From: Smithellaceae bacterium
Lineage (GTDB): Bacteria; Desulfobacterota; Syntrophia; Syntrophales; Smithellaceae
Direction of reading: 5' to 3'
NCBI GenBank assembly: GCA_963667845.2
Contig: CAXXVL010000001.1
Location: 384,001 to 448,000, forward strand
DNA length: 64,000 nt
The translations under genes and the position numbers were made by a program. The notes beneath the pieces were generated by a model. The model searched no databases, had not been told where the DNA came from, and was given only the letters and a program-made list of their open reading frames with translations. This document shows, one piece after another, positions 20,522 to 30,788 of the stretch (position 1 is the first letter of the stretch; the number at the start of each line of letters is the position of its first letter).

Positions 20522-20815
20522 GGCAGTCAATCCTGCGGCCATGAACCCTGTGTAAGTGCAACACCCTGATGAAAACTGACTGAAGCAATTGACCGAAAAC
20601 AGTAAAGGAGAGAGAAATGTCGACTTTACTTAAGGGGGCGCGGAACCGTGCACGGTGACGGCCGATATTCAAAGAACATTTTCCAAAAGGCTTAAAGGGA
20701 TTCCGCAAGGGGTTCGATGCAAGGCTTGTTCTGGAAAAAAACGAAACCTGCTCAAAACTCTGAAAAAATGATCTTTCAGATGAGCCTTAATGTTTAAAGA
20801 AAGGATTTTGTATAA

Positions 20816-22477
20816 ATGGAAAAGAAACCCTGGCTGAACCGTTATGACAATGGAGTACCCGCTTCGTTGAGATACCCGCGCATGATCATTCCCGATGTGC
20901 TTCAGGTGCCGGCAAATGCCCTGCCGGACAAAAAAGCCATCATCTATGAGGGAACCTCCATCACCTTCTGGGAACTCCGGAAGCTCGTGTTGAAGATGGC
21001 CAATTCCCTGAAAGATCTTGGCGTGACAAAGGGAGAGCGAGTGGGGCTCCACCTGCCGACATGCCCCCAGTATGTCATTGCTTTCCACGCCGTTTTGTCG
21101 CTGGGCGCTATTGTCGTCAATCTCAATCCCATCTATCCCGCGGATGAGCTTGCCGTCATTGCGGAGCAATCGACCATTACAACTCTGATTACGATCGATA
21201 AAGCTCTGCCGAACGTCAGGAGCCTCTGCGCAAAATTCCACATTCCCCGCGTCATTTTATCGGATTCCGGTGATTTTACCCCTGCCGGACCCAATGCCTC
21301 CAAAGCCGCACTGGATAAAGGATGGCACCAGTTTATGAACTTATTGCCCGAAGGCAATGCTGGTATGGCCCGGATAAGAGTGGACATCAAACCGGAAGAC
21401 CCGGCGGTGATTCAATTCACGGGAGGAACGACGGGTATTCCTAAAGGCGCTGTGTTGACCCATGCCAATGCCATGGCCGCCATGGCCCAGACCACGGTCT
21501 GGAGCATGCCGCGGGTGCGTCTGACGCCCATCGAAAGGCTCTCCACTCTGATTGTTCTGCCGCTTTACCACGTTTACGGGAACGTGGTTTCCAACTGGTC
21601 GATTTACAATTGTGCCACGCAAGTCCTGGTTCGTCAGTTTGAAATAGACAAGCTCATGGATCTCATCGAGTCGATCGGCGAAATTACGTATTTCCCGGCT
21701 GTCCCCACGATGATCAGCGCCGTGATCAATCACCCCAGGGCCAAAGAAATGGAGATCGGGAAGATGATCGGCTTCATGAATTCCGGCGCGGCGCCGTGTC
21801 CGGCGGAATTGATCGAACAGGTCAGGGATGCCGGTATTTTTCTGACGGAGGGGTGGGGAATGAGTGAAACCACGGCCATCGGGATCAGCAATCCGATCAT
21901 GGGTGTAAAGAAAGTTGGCGGTATCGGCATTCCCATTCCGGATACCGATATCAAGCTTGTCGACCTGGAAACCGGACAAACGGAAGTCCCCCCGGGTCAA
22001 CCGGGTGAGATCCTGATCAAAGGACCGCAGGTGATGAAAGAATACTGGCAGAGACCCGAGGAAACGGCCGATCAGTTGAAAGATGGATGGCTCTCCACCG
22101 GGGACGTGGCGGTCATGGATGAGGAAGGATACTTCTTTATCGTCGATCGGAAAAAAGACATGATCATTTCCGGCGGCTTCAATGTCTATCCACGGGAAAT
22201 CGACGAAGTGCTGCACCAGCATCCCAAGGTGGAAATGGCCGTCTCGGTCGGGATTCCCGATGCCTACCGGGGAGAATCCGTCAAGGCCTTTATTGTTCTG
22301 AAAGAGGGTGAAACATCGACGCCGGAGGAAATCATTGCTTTCTGCAAGGAAAAAATGGCGCCTTATAAAGTCCCCCGGTTCGTGGAATTTCGAAAGTCTC
22401 TGCCTCAATCCGCCGTGGGCAAGATCCTGCGGAAAACCCTGCGGGACGAAGAGTTGGCAAAGAACAAAAAATTGTAG
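20816..22477 (+). CDS. Long-chain fatty acid-CoA ligase (FadD-like)
   Basis: FTGGTTGIPKG, GWGMSE, TGD, DRKKDMIISGGFNVYPREIDE, LPQSAVGKILRK. Confidence 0.93.
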   Translation: MEKKPWLNRYDNGVPASLRYPRMIIPDVLQVPANALPDKKAIIYEGTSITFWELRKLVLKMANSLKDLGVTKGERVGLHLPTCPQYVIAFHAVLSLGAIVVNLNPIYPADELAVIAEQSTITTLITIDKALPNVRSLCAKFHIPRVILSDSGDFTPAGPNASKAALDKGWHQFMNLLPEGNAGMARIRVDIKPEDPAVIQFTGGTTGIPKGAVLTHANAMAAMAQTTVWSMPRVRLTPIERLSTLIVLPLYHVYGNVVSNWSIYNCATQVLVRQFEIDKLMDLIESIGEITYFPAVPTMISAVINHPRAKEMEIGKMIGFMNSGAAPCPAELIEQVRDAGIFLTEGWGMSETTAIGISNPIMGVKKVGGIGIPIPDTDIKLVDLETGQTEVPPGQPGEILIKGPQVMKEYWQRPEETADQLKDGWLSTGDVAVMDEEGYFFIVDRKKDMIISGGFNVYPREIDEVLHQHPKVEMAVSVGIPDAYRGESVKAFIVLKEGETSTPEEIIAFCKEKMAPYKVPRFVEFRKSLPQSAVGKILRKTLRDEELAKNKKL

Positions 22478-22639
22478 CCTCCACCGGTCGGCAGCGGAAG
22501 GGCAGGGCGCACCGGGGCATGACGACCCTTGTCCCGTGCCCCGTTTACATTTTCCATCAGGTGAAGATAATTTGTCACAGCGCAAGCAAGAGAGAAAATA
22601 AATAAACTATAAACGAACTTTTGAAAGGAGAGTAGGTAA

Positions 22640-24136
22640 ATGAGAAGTATCCGTAACATTGTTCTTTGTATGTTGTGTTTTTTCTTGACGTTGTTTTTGG
22701 GGTTGCAAATTCCGTCTATGGCCTTTGCCGCCAAGGCGGAGAAGAAGGCAAAAGTGGAAAAGGCAAAGGATGCCATCCCCGGCTCCATGGATGAAAAAAT
22801 AAAGAAGGCAATCGCATCAGTTGACTTCAGTAAAGTGAGCGACATGTCGGATTTTGATCCCGCCACGTGGGAGGGTCCGACCGGAGATGTCATCAAGATC
22901 GCTTACGTTAACGCGTTCTCCGGGCCGGGCGCCCTGAACGGACAGCTCCATGTTGCGCCGATTATGTTTGCGGTTCACGACATTAACAAGCGTGGCGGCA
23001 TCTGGGTAGACGGCAAGAAGAAGCTGATCACGGTCATCAAGGCGGACCACATGTCGAAAGCGGATCAATGCAAAAAGATTTGCGAGCGCATGGTCTTGCA
23101 GGAAAAAGTCCACATCCTGATGGGCACTTCCGGAAGCAACATGATGAAGATCATTAATGAGGTTGCCAATAAGTACAAGGTGATCGCCGTGAATGAGGGG
23201 GCGGTTTCCGACGATCTGATGGATGCCACGAATTTCGGACGCTATTCGTTCATGCCCTCCTTCTCCACCGAGCAGGTCGGACGCGGACTGGCTTTTTACT
23301 ATGGCCAAATCCGGAAGAAAGAAAAGAAATTCTATATTCTGTGCCAGGATTATTCTTTCGGCCGGGGGATAGCCGATGGGTTCAAGAAGGGTTTGAAAGA
23401 ATACTTCCCGGAGGCGCAGGTTGTCGGCGAGGACTATCATAAGCTCTTCCTGACCGACTTTGCCCCCTATATGACCAAGATCAAGGCCTCCGGTGCGGAA
23501 GTCATTTACTCAGGCGACTGGACCCCCGATTCCGGGAACCTTCTGAAGCAGGCGAGGCAGATGGGCATTAACATCCCCGTCGCCGATGTTTTTATGAACG
23601 AGCCGAACGAACTGCATGACGTCGGCATTGAGGGAACGAAGGGAATCGTCAACATTGATCAGGCGGAATCGTTCCCCCGCTTCACAAATCCCGCTCAGAT
23701 CAAATTTTACAAAGCCTGGAACGACCAGTGGAAGAAATGGAAAAAAGCGCCATACAACAGCCATCTCTTCGAGCATGCAGGCGGAAATCTCCAGGCTTAT
23801 ATGATGTATGCCTATTGGACCCTCAGTGTGATCGAACGGGCCAAGAGCACGGACGCGGACAAGATTGTGAAGGTCTGGGAAGGCGATACCTTCCGCCAGG
23901 CCAATGGCAAGATCGTCAAAATGAGAGCGTGCGATCACAAGGCGATTCAGGACATGTATGTGTTCGAGTTGGTTCCTCCGAAAGAGCAGAAAATGGATTT
24001 CAATATACCGCCCTATCACTGGTATGAGGGATGCTCTTATTATGGGCCCGGTTACCTGATTCCGGCCGCGAAAGTCCTGCCCCAGATGGACCAGAAGTCG
24101 GACCGCTGCAAGGGGAAGAGCGACTGGGGTGAATAA
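22640..24136 (+). CDS. Orphan Liv-type ABC substrate-binding protein
   Basis: Signal peptide; collinear paralogue of 15921..17384. Confidence 0.9.
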   Translation: MRSIRNIVLCMLCFFLTLFLGLQIPSMAFAAKAEKKAKVEKAKDAIPGSMDEKIKKAIASVDFSKVSDMSDFDPATWEGPTGDVIKIAYVNAFSGPGALNGQLHVAPIMFAVHDINKRGGIWVDGKKKLITVIKADHMSKADQCKKICERMVLQEKVHILMGTSGSNMMKIINEVANKYKVIAVNEGAVSDDLMDATNFGRYSFMPSFSTEQVGRGLAFYYGQIRKKEKKFYILCQDYSFGRGIADGFKKGLKEYFPEAQVVGEDYHKLFLTDFAPYMTKIKASGAEVIYSGDWTPDSGNLLKQARQMGINIPVADVFMNEPNELHDVGIEGTKGIVNIDQAESFPRFTNPAQIKFYKAWNDQWKKWKKAPYNSHLFEHAGGNLQAYMMYAYWTLSVIERAKSTDADKIVKVWEGDTFRQANGKIVKMRACDHKAIQDMYVFELVPPKEQKMDFNIPPYHWYEGCSYYGPGYLIPAAKVLPQMDQKSDRCKGKSDWGE

Positions 24137-24175
24137 ATAAGCGCTCCATCAGCAAACATGATGTCAGTCAACGCG

Positions 24176-24213
24176 CAGGGTGCGCCTTTTCATATGGCGC
24201 ACCCTGTCTTTTT
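24176..24213 (+). terminator. Intrinsic terminator
   Basis: CAGGGTGCGCC-loop-GGCGCACCCTG then TCTTTTT. Confidence 0.8.
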
Positions 24214-24214
24214 G

Positions 24215-24314
24215 ATCCCGCTTGGGCGGGACGAGCGTTAATTCTCCGCAGCTTGCTGCGAAACAATAATGTTCATTTCATATCTCGACAGCTTGTCGCG
24301 AGGTGGTTGATTAA
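24215..24314 (+). repeat. Dispersed ~100-bp palindromic element, copy 1
   Basis: GCGGGACGAGCGTT...CGCAGCTTGCTGCG...CGCGAGGTGGTTGATTA shared with 54807-54864 and, inverted, 58375-58470. Confidence 0.85.
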
Positions 24315-24437
24315 CGAAAAGTTTCGGCAAGAGAGCCTGTCCCGGGACAGCGCCTCAGCACACCCGTCAGAAAATCCTGAGCGTGTCGGGAGTATAAGGA
24401 ATATTTCTTTCCGGTTCCATCTTTCGCGATGATTCCC

Positions 24438-24465
24438 TTGACATCAAGGCGGCGTATCCTATACT
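24438..24465 (+). promoter_or_regulatory. Sigma70-type promoter upstream of the MaoC gene
   Basis: TTGACA-16-TATACT. Confidence 0.6.
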
Positions 24466-24565
24466 GTTTCCGCAAAAGCATTTCTCAAGCACGGGTTATC
24501 CGAATCCATATTGGCGCCATATTTCAGGAGAACATTTTACAGTCCGGTTGCCGGATGTTGAGATA

Positions 24566-24991
24566 ATGAAGACAGCCAAATACGAAGATTTCAAAATAGG
24601 GGATAAAGCCGAATATACCAGAACCGTCACGGAGGCGGATGTGGCCAAATTTGCGGAGGTCTCCGGAGACTTCAATCCCCTGTATGTAAACGATGAGTTT
24701 GCCCGAGCTACCCGGTTCGGCAAAACGGTGGTCCACGGCTGTTTTTCATCCGCGCTCTTCTCCACCGTGGTCGGCATGAAGCTGCCGGGGCCCGGCGCGC
24801 TCTATGTGTCCCAGACCAGTAATTTCCGCAAGCCCGTCTTTCCAGGGGACACGTTGACCGCCACGGCGGAAGTGGTTGAAAAATTCGCGAAGAAAGAGGG
24901 TTCGCTGAAATTTCTTAAGCTGCGCACGATCGCGACGAATCAGGAAGGAGCCGTCGTCACGGACGGTGAAGCGCTCGTCATCGTTATGTGA
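24566..24991 (+). CDS. MaoC-family (R)-specific enoyl-CoA hydratase
   Basis: FAEVSGDFNPLYV...FGKTVVHG, LPGPGALYVSQTSNFRKPVFPGDTLT; the usual catalytic His of DxNPxH reads Tyr. Confidence 0.88.
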   Translation: MKTAKYEDFKIGDKAEYTRTVTEADVAKFAEVSGDFNPLYVNDEFARATRFGKTVVHGCFSSALFSTVVGMKLPGPGALYVSQTSNFRKPVFPGDTLTATAEVVEKFAKKEGSLKFLKLRTIATNQEGAVVTDGEALVIVM

Positions 24992-25046
24992 ACACCTGTT
25001 TATTGCGTCGGCAGGATTTTTCATTTTTCTGACAGGAGGGAAAATC

Positions 25047-25610
25047 ATGAAACCGACAGAAATTCTCAAAGACGAACATAAACTGGTTCTCCTGATGCTT
25101 AAAATCATGGAAGCGGTGGCCGTCAGGCTTGATCAGGACAAACCTGTAAACACGGATGATCTTGAAGCCATCATCGATTTCATCCGCACCTTCACGGACA
25201 AATGCCATCATGCCAAAGAAGAAAAGCACCTGTTCCCCGCGCTGGAAAAAGCCGGGATGCCGCAAAATGACGGACCTATTGCCGTGATGCTCCGCGAACA
25301 CGAGCTCGGCCGCAGCTATACCAGGGAAATGGACGGAGCGCTCGGCCTGATGAAGAGCGGCGATGCGTCTCGCGCGAAGACTTTCGTGGAGAACGCCCGC
25401 GGCTATATCCAGCTGCTGATCAACCATATCGACAAGGAAGAGCGCGTACTGTTCGTCATGGCCGATCAGCTGCTGAGCCCTGCGGCGCAGGCGGATCTTG
25501 CGGAAGGCTTTGAACGCGTCGAACGCGAGGAAACGGGCGCCGGCGTTCACGAAAAGTATCACGCCCTTCTCCACAGGCTGCGTGATGCCTATCTCCAGGC
25601 GTCGGGATGA
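25047..25610 (+). CDS. Hemerythrin-like (HHE cation-binding) protein
   Basis: LKDEH, CHHAKEE, MLREHELGR, HIDKEERVLF; AGGAGG RBS. Confidence 0.88.
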   Translation: MKPTEILKDEHKLVLLMLKIMEAVAVRLDQDKPVNTDDLEAIIDFIRTFTDKCHHAKEEKHLFPALEKAGMPQNDGPIAVMLREHELGRSYTREMDGALGLMKSGDASRAKTFVENARGYIQLLINHIDKEERVLFVMADQLLSPAAQADLAEGFERVEREETGAGVHEKYHALLHRLRDAYLQASG

Positions 25611-25683
25611 GTGGACTTTCGGAGGCGTTGATTGGGAACTCTCTTTGTAGAGCCAGGAAAAGCTTTAGTTGAAAGGAGGATTT

Positions 25684-26091
25684 ATGATGATGAGCCGGCT
25701 GAAGACAATTGTTGTATTGATGGTTTTGCATATTCTCCTGTCGAGCAGTCTGATCGTTGCTGACGCAGACGCCGATAACGTCGTTTATATCAACAACGCA
25801 ACTGCTTTCACCCTTACTGTCAGCGCGAAATGCATTGAATGCGGAATTTTCGGATGGGGGAACGAGAATGACTGCTGGGACGCAAACCCTGTAAGCAAAA
25901 CCCTGGATTCCCTTAAAGCAGGGTCTGTAAACTGTTTGCCGGTCACCGGACACAAATTCTTCGTCAAAGAAGTGACCATCACGAGCACGGTAAACAAGAG
26001 TTGTACTTTCCAACCACCCGCGAATTCAGACAGTACGTGGTATGTAACATTATCGCTCGACAAATCTTATTTCAGTTGTACGAGGCAGTAA
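25684..26091 (+). CDS. Small secreted hypothetical protein, 6 Cys
   Basis: AAGGAGG RBS; signal peptide ending ADADA. Confidence 0.75.
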   Translation: MMMSRLKTIVVLMVLHILLSSSLIVADADADNVVYINNATAFTLTVSAKCIECGIFGWGNENDCWDANPVSKTLDSLKAGSVNCLPVTGHKFFVKEVTITSTVNKSCTFQPPANSDSTWYVTLSLDKSYFSCTRQ

Positions 26092-26195
26092 GAAAAATTG
26101 TACCTGGCTCCTTTTTGCACTGCATTTTATCATCTCTCCGGCAGGAGACGAAGACACTTTAGAAAAGGAAGAATAACAGGAAAGGGAAATTAAAG

Positions 26196-27716
26196 ATGGC
26201 TTCCGAAAACATTCCCGTGATTATCGGTGCAGGCCAGGTGACAAAGAAGGAGGCGTCACGTGTGATCGACGGCTCGCCTGTGGATCTGATGGCCGAGGCC
26301 GTCGTGGTTGCGGCACAGGACGGCGGTTTGACAAGGCAGTGCCTTCAAAAAGCCGACCTGCTTATCACCACTTCGCTTTTTTCGGATGACGGTATTATCA
26401 ACCCTCCGGGATGCGTGGTCGATAAACTTGATCTCTCCGATGCACAATGTATGGTTTCCGGATTTGGCGGCATCATGCCGCACGCCATGCTGCATCATGC
26501 CATGAAAGCGGTCGCCGAAAACAAAGCCGGTCTGGTTCTCCTGACCGGAGCCGAAGCTCAGCACACCATGCAGCAGGCGAAAAATTCCCGGACATTTACC
26601 GGCTGGAAGGTAACATCTCAGCGCCCCTGCCTTGCGCCGCTGACTTCCCGGGGAGCGTTTGACGGAGCCTGCGAAACAGAACACATCCACGGTCTTTCGC
26701 TTCCCGCGACTGTCTATCCCATGTTTGAAAACGCGCTGCGCCGGCGGTATGGACGCACGATTACGGAACATACCCGCAAGCTGGGCGAGCTGATGAGCCG
26801 TTTTTCACACGTGGCGGCAAACAACCCGCTAGCCTGGTTTCGCGAACCGCTTACGCCCGAGGAAATCATTACCGTTTCCGATGCCAACCGCAACACCGCA
26901 TTTCCTTATACCAAGCGGATGAATGCCATGCTTGGGGTCGACCAGGCCGCCGCCCTCATTGTTACATCGGAGGCGCAGGCCCGGAAGATGGGTATTGACC
27001 CGGCAAAGTGGGTGTATCTGCATGGCTATGCCGAGGCCAGCGATCACTGGTATATCCTGGAAAGAGAGGCCTACGGTTTTTCCCCGGCCATTGATATCGT
27101 CGGCCGAACTGCCCTCGCGCAGGCCGGCGTGACCATCGCAGACATCGATTTCTTCGATCTGTACAGCTGCTTTCCCGTTGCCGTGCAGGTGACCCGCGAC
27201 ATGCTGGGCATTGCCGAAAACGATAATAGGCCGCTGACTATTACCGGAGGACTTCCCTATTTCGGCGGACCGGGAAATGACTACGTCATGCACTCCATGG
27301 CGCAAATGGTTGAGCTTCTGCGTCAACATCCCGGGAAGACCGGCCTTGTCACCGGTAATTCTTTTTACATGACCAAGCACTCGGCGGCCGTGTGCTCTAC
27401 CACGCCCCCAAAAGACAATGCGGCGGCTACAGCCGATGTAAGCGTTTGCCAGAAAGCCGTTGACCTGCGGCCCAAACATCAGATTGATCCCAGGCCCGAT
27501 GGGCGGGGTACAGTGGAGACCTATACCGTGATTTACGACCGGAACAATTTGCCGGGTAAAGGCGTTGTCATCGGAAAAGAAGAAAATGGAAAACGTTTCG
27601 CGGCATTCACGCCGCCCGACCCATCTCTGTTTTCAGCAATGGTTACAGAAGACTTTTGCGGCACGACAGGGACGGTCGTATCCAAAGACAACGTCAACAC
27701 CTTCACCCCCGATTGA
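26196..27716 (+). CDS. Thiolase-like protein (TLP1-type, with extra C-terminal domain)
   Basis: PVIIGAGQ, YPMFENA, PYTKRMNA, VDQAAA, DLYSCFP, TGGLPYFGGPGNDY; C-terminal GTVETYTVIYDR domain. Confidence 0.82.
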   Translation: MASENIPVIIGAGQVTKKEASRVIDGSPVDLMAEAVVVAAQDGGLTRQCLQKADLLITTSLFSDDGIINPPGCVVDKLDLSDAQCMVSGFGGIMPHAMLHHAMKAVAENKAGLVLLTGAEAQHTMQQAKNSRTFTGWKVTSQRPCLAPLTSRGAFDGACETEHIHGLSLPATVYPMFENALRRRYGRTITEHTRKLGELMSRFSHVAANNPLAWFREPLTPEEIITVSDANRNTAFPYTKRMNAMLGVDQAAALIVTSEAQARKMGIDPAKWVYLHGYAEASDHWYILEREAYGFSPAIDIVGRTALAQAGVTIADIDFFDLYSCFPVAVQVTRDMLGIAENDNRPLTITGGLPYFGGPGNDYVMHSMAQMVELLRQHPGKTGLVTGNSFYMTKHSAAVCSTTPPKDNAAATADVSVCQKAVDLRPKHQIDPRPDGRGTVETYTVIYDRNNLPGKGVVIGKEENGKRFAAFTPPDPSLFSAMVTEDFCGTTGTVVSKDNVNTFTPD

Positions 27717-27841
27717 ATAGGGTGACACTAGCGTTAGGGAGCAGTAGGGATGTCCGCTGGTTCCCTTATCCTGTTTGGCGCTTACAACGCCGCGGGACTG
27801 CGGTCAGCCAGCATGCCCGCGAATCAAAATTGGATGCGTTT

Positions 27842-28654
27842 CTATTTTTTTGTCCGTACAAATTTTTCGATTTGTTGAGAAAACCATTCTGGCTTTTCAA
27901 TCATCGGCGCGTGTCCGCACTGAGGAATCGTTTCCAGCACAGTATCAGAAATATTTGCCTGGAATGCTTTCGCGACATCCAACGGAGTGATCCGATCTTC
28001 TTCCCCCCAGAGCAGCAACGTCGGTACTTTTAAGCCGGATAATTCATTTTTCAGATTGTCCTCTTTAACACTTCGCGCGGCATAAATCGTATTCAATACG
28101 GCCCGTTTATCCCTGCTGAATTTCACAATTTCCTCAACCATCTCATTCGTAATAAACGAGGGATCATAAAAGACAGAAACAATATTTTTTCTAATGTCTT
28201 TACGCGTTGGATTGGTGGGAATAATTTCGGTTATACCGGACGGCGCAGACAATATTAATCCGGAAATCAGTTCCGATCTCGCAAGACACAAACGCAAGGC
28301 CACGTGCCCGCCAAGAGAATTACCGCATAAAAAAACGCGGTCCAATTCACGGCTTCTAATGAAATATTCCGTCCATAAAGCCAATGCTTTAACGCTGACG
28401 GCATCCCTCTCTCCTATAAATATTGGAAATGAAATAGATATCGGACGCGCAAAACGGGCCAGTGAATCAAAAACGCCCGCCCAATTAGAGGATGCGCCAA
28501 GCAAACCGTGCAACAACAAAATGTAGGGGCCCTGATGACCGCCTTCTTTGACTTCAATAAACGGAACGCGCTCTTCTTTGATCCATTGCGGCGGTTCCGA
28601 AATCATCCATTTGGCTGACTCTTGAAGTTTTATGATAATATCATGATGAAGCAT
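27842..28654 (-). CDS. Alpha/beta hydrolase
   Basis: LLHGLLG, GNSLGG, WGEEDRIT, GHAPMIE. Confidence 0.9.
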   Translation of the reverse strand: MLHHDIIIKLQESAKWMISEPPQWIKEERVPFIEVKEGGHQGPYILLLHGLLGASSNWAGVFDSLARFARPISISFPIFIGERDAVSVKALALWTEYFIRSRELDRVFLCGNSLGGHVALRLCLARSELISGLILSAPSGITEIIPTNPTRKDIRKNIVSVFYDPSFITNEMVEEIVKFSRDKRAVLNTIYAARSVKEDNLKNELSGLKVPTLLLWGEEDRITPLDVAKAFQANISDTVLETIPQCGHAPMIEKPEWFSQQIEKFVRTKK

Positions 28655-29118
28655 GCATCAGGACGCTTTCTGTATAACATCAAATGAACCATCGGTTTTA
28701 AAAGTCATGCGCGGTTTATGGAAGCCGCGTTCGGGGCTCCTGTTTCTCTCCGGCGCGTGCAAGACAATAAATTTTTCGCGGGCCTGTTGCGGACTTCCCG
28801 GCACAAAACCTTCGGCCGATTTGTGCCGAAGCATTTTCGTGGGTTGTGCCCGCAGACGCAAGGCTTGTATCCTTTATGTTAAAGGTATGTCAAGTGACAC
28901 ATTTTGACCTTGCCCTCTTTTCTAAAAAGGGGAGAGGTGTCTCTGAAACATAGCGGGCGGTTCTCTTTGATCGGGATAAATTAACAATACGGAGTAAAGT
29001 TCAAAAATAAAACGAAAAAAAATAGAGTCATTCCCTTTTTCCTGAGGCGTGCAATTTTCTATTTCCTGAATTTGTGCTAGGCTGCAAAAAAATAAATATG
29101 AATTGAGCGGAATATTTT

Positions 29119-29673
29119 ATGCCAAATAATACAGACAGAATTCCGGGCCTGGCCGAATGCGAAGAACTCATGGCCCGATATGCCATGCTGCCCAATATCG
29201 TCGAACATTCCTTTCAGGTGATGCGCGTCGCGCTGGCCATTACCGACAATCTCGTAGACGGTGTTTCCATTAATCGCGACATGGTCATTGCCGGGGCGCT
29301 GCTTCACGATATTACCAAAACCCGGTCGCTGCAAACAAAAGAAAGGCACGCGGCATCGGGCGGCGCTCTTTTGCGCGAACTGGGATTTCCTCTGATTGCC
29401 GAGATTGTTGAGCAGCATGTCGTTATCGACCTGAATCCGGCAGGGCCGATCGTTGAAAAAGAAATCGTTTATTACGCCGACAAGCGGGTGATGCACGACA
29501 AAATAGTGACCTTCGAAGAAAGGGTCCAGGATTTATTAATCCGCTACGGAAAAACGAATGAGATATACAATCTGATTCTGCAAAACCTGCAGCACGTCAC
29601 ATCGGTTGAACAAAAGCTTAACAGTTTTATGAAAATCGACATCCATGATGCGATAAGGAAAATAACCGGATAG
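29119..29673 (+). CDS. HD-domain metal-dependent phosphohydrolase
   Basis: EHS, ALLHDITK, RHA, QHV, YADKRV. Confidence 0.9.
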   Translation: MPNNTDRIPGLAECEELMARYAMLPNIVEHSFQVMRVALAITDNLVDGVSINRDMVIAGALLHDITKTRSLQTKERHAASGGALLRELGFPLIAEIVEQHVVIDLNPAGPIVEKEIVYYADKRVMHDKIVTFEERVQDLLIRYGKTNEIYNLILQNLQHVTSVEQKLNSFMKIDIHDAIRKITG

Positions 29674-29766
29674 TCTCCGCAAAAGTTAAAAAGTTGGCAG
29701 CCTCTGTTTTTTGAATGAATCTGAATTGATATTTTGAAGTCCCTATCGTCGCACTAAGGAGATGGC

Positions 29767-30765
29767 ATGGCAAAGATTAATACGGTACTCGGTCAAATTT
29801 TACCTGGTGAGCTTGGAAAGACTTTGGTCCATGAGCATTGCGTTATTGGATTTTCAGGATGGGAGTGCGATCCCTTGCCGGGAGGTCCCAGTCGGGCGGA
29901 AATGATCGAAAAATGTATACAGGCGCTGCTGCCGGCACGGGATCTGGGTCTGCAGTCGATTATCGAAGCAACACCGCCTGATCTGGGTCGGGATGTCGAG
30001 ATCCTGAAGGCTGTCTCGGAGAGCACAGGGGTCCACATCATATGCTCAACGGGCCGATATACCGAAGAGTACGGCAAGTGGGCCTACCTGAAGCAAAGAG
30101 ACAGGCTCGGGGCGTGCGACCTGCAATCCGAGCTCTATGATGCTTTCATGTACGAAATTACAGTCGGAATCGGGCAGTCCGAAGTGCGGGCGGGGGCGAT
30201 CAAGGTGGCTACTTCCCTGAACAGAATGGCCCCCTGCGAGGAAGCGGTCCTGGCTGCCGCAGCGCGGGCCTCAAAGGAAACGAGTGTTCCCATTATCACG
30301 CATACGGAAGGCGGCACATTAGGGCCCGAACAGGCAAAGTTTCTTCTGGCTGAGGGTGTAGCCCCGGGACGCATCATGATCGGCCATATGTGCGATAACC
30401 TCGGGAGCGATTATCAGGGGGATCAGAAGGAAGTCATGCAGACCGGATCCAGCATGGCTTACTATCGCTTCGGGCTCGAGGTTTACGTCAAAGATGACAA
30501 GCGGGTCGAAGCCCTAGCCGCGCTTATTGGCGAGGGATATGCCGAAAAAATTATGATCTCTCACGATTATGTCGGCGCGTCTCAGGGGAGGGGCGGGATG
30601 TGGCCGAATCGCCTTCCTGCGCAAATAGAATCGCTGGTGCCGAACTGGTCCTACACCAACATCTTTCGGCGAATCCTACCTGCTCTGAAAGAAGCCGGCG
30701 TCACCGATCAGCAAATCCATACTTTGATGGTTGAAAATCCCCGGCGGCTCTTGGGATCAAGTTGA
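29767..30765 (+). CDS. Phosphotriesterase-family protein (PTE/Php-like lactonase)
   Basis: INTVLG, TLVHEH, IKVA, ITHT, IGH, ISHD, ENPRRLL. Confidence 0.9.
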   Translation: MAKINTVLGQILPGELGKTLVHEHCVIGFSGWECDPLPGGPSRAEMIEKCIQALLPARDLGLQSIIEATPPDLGRDVEILKAVSESTGVHIICSTGRYTEEYGKWAYLKQRDRLGACDLQSELYDAFMYEITVGIGQSEVRAGAIKVATSLNRMAPCEEAVLAAAARASKETSVPIITHTEGGTLGPEQAKFLLAEGVAPGRIMIGHMCDNLGSDYQGDQKEVMQTGSSMAYYRFGLEVYVKDDKRVEALAALIGEGYAEKIMISHDYVGASQGRGGMWPNRLPAQIESLVPNWSYTNIFRRILPALKEAGVTDQQIHTLMVENPRRLLGSS

Positions 30766-30788
30766 TATTGTATTTGTGAAAATTGTCT

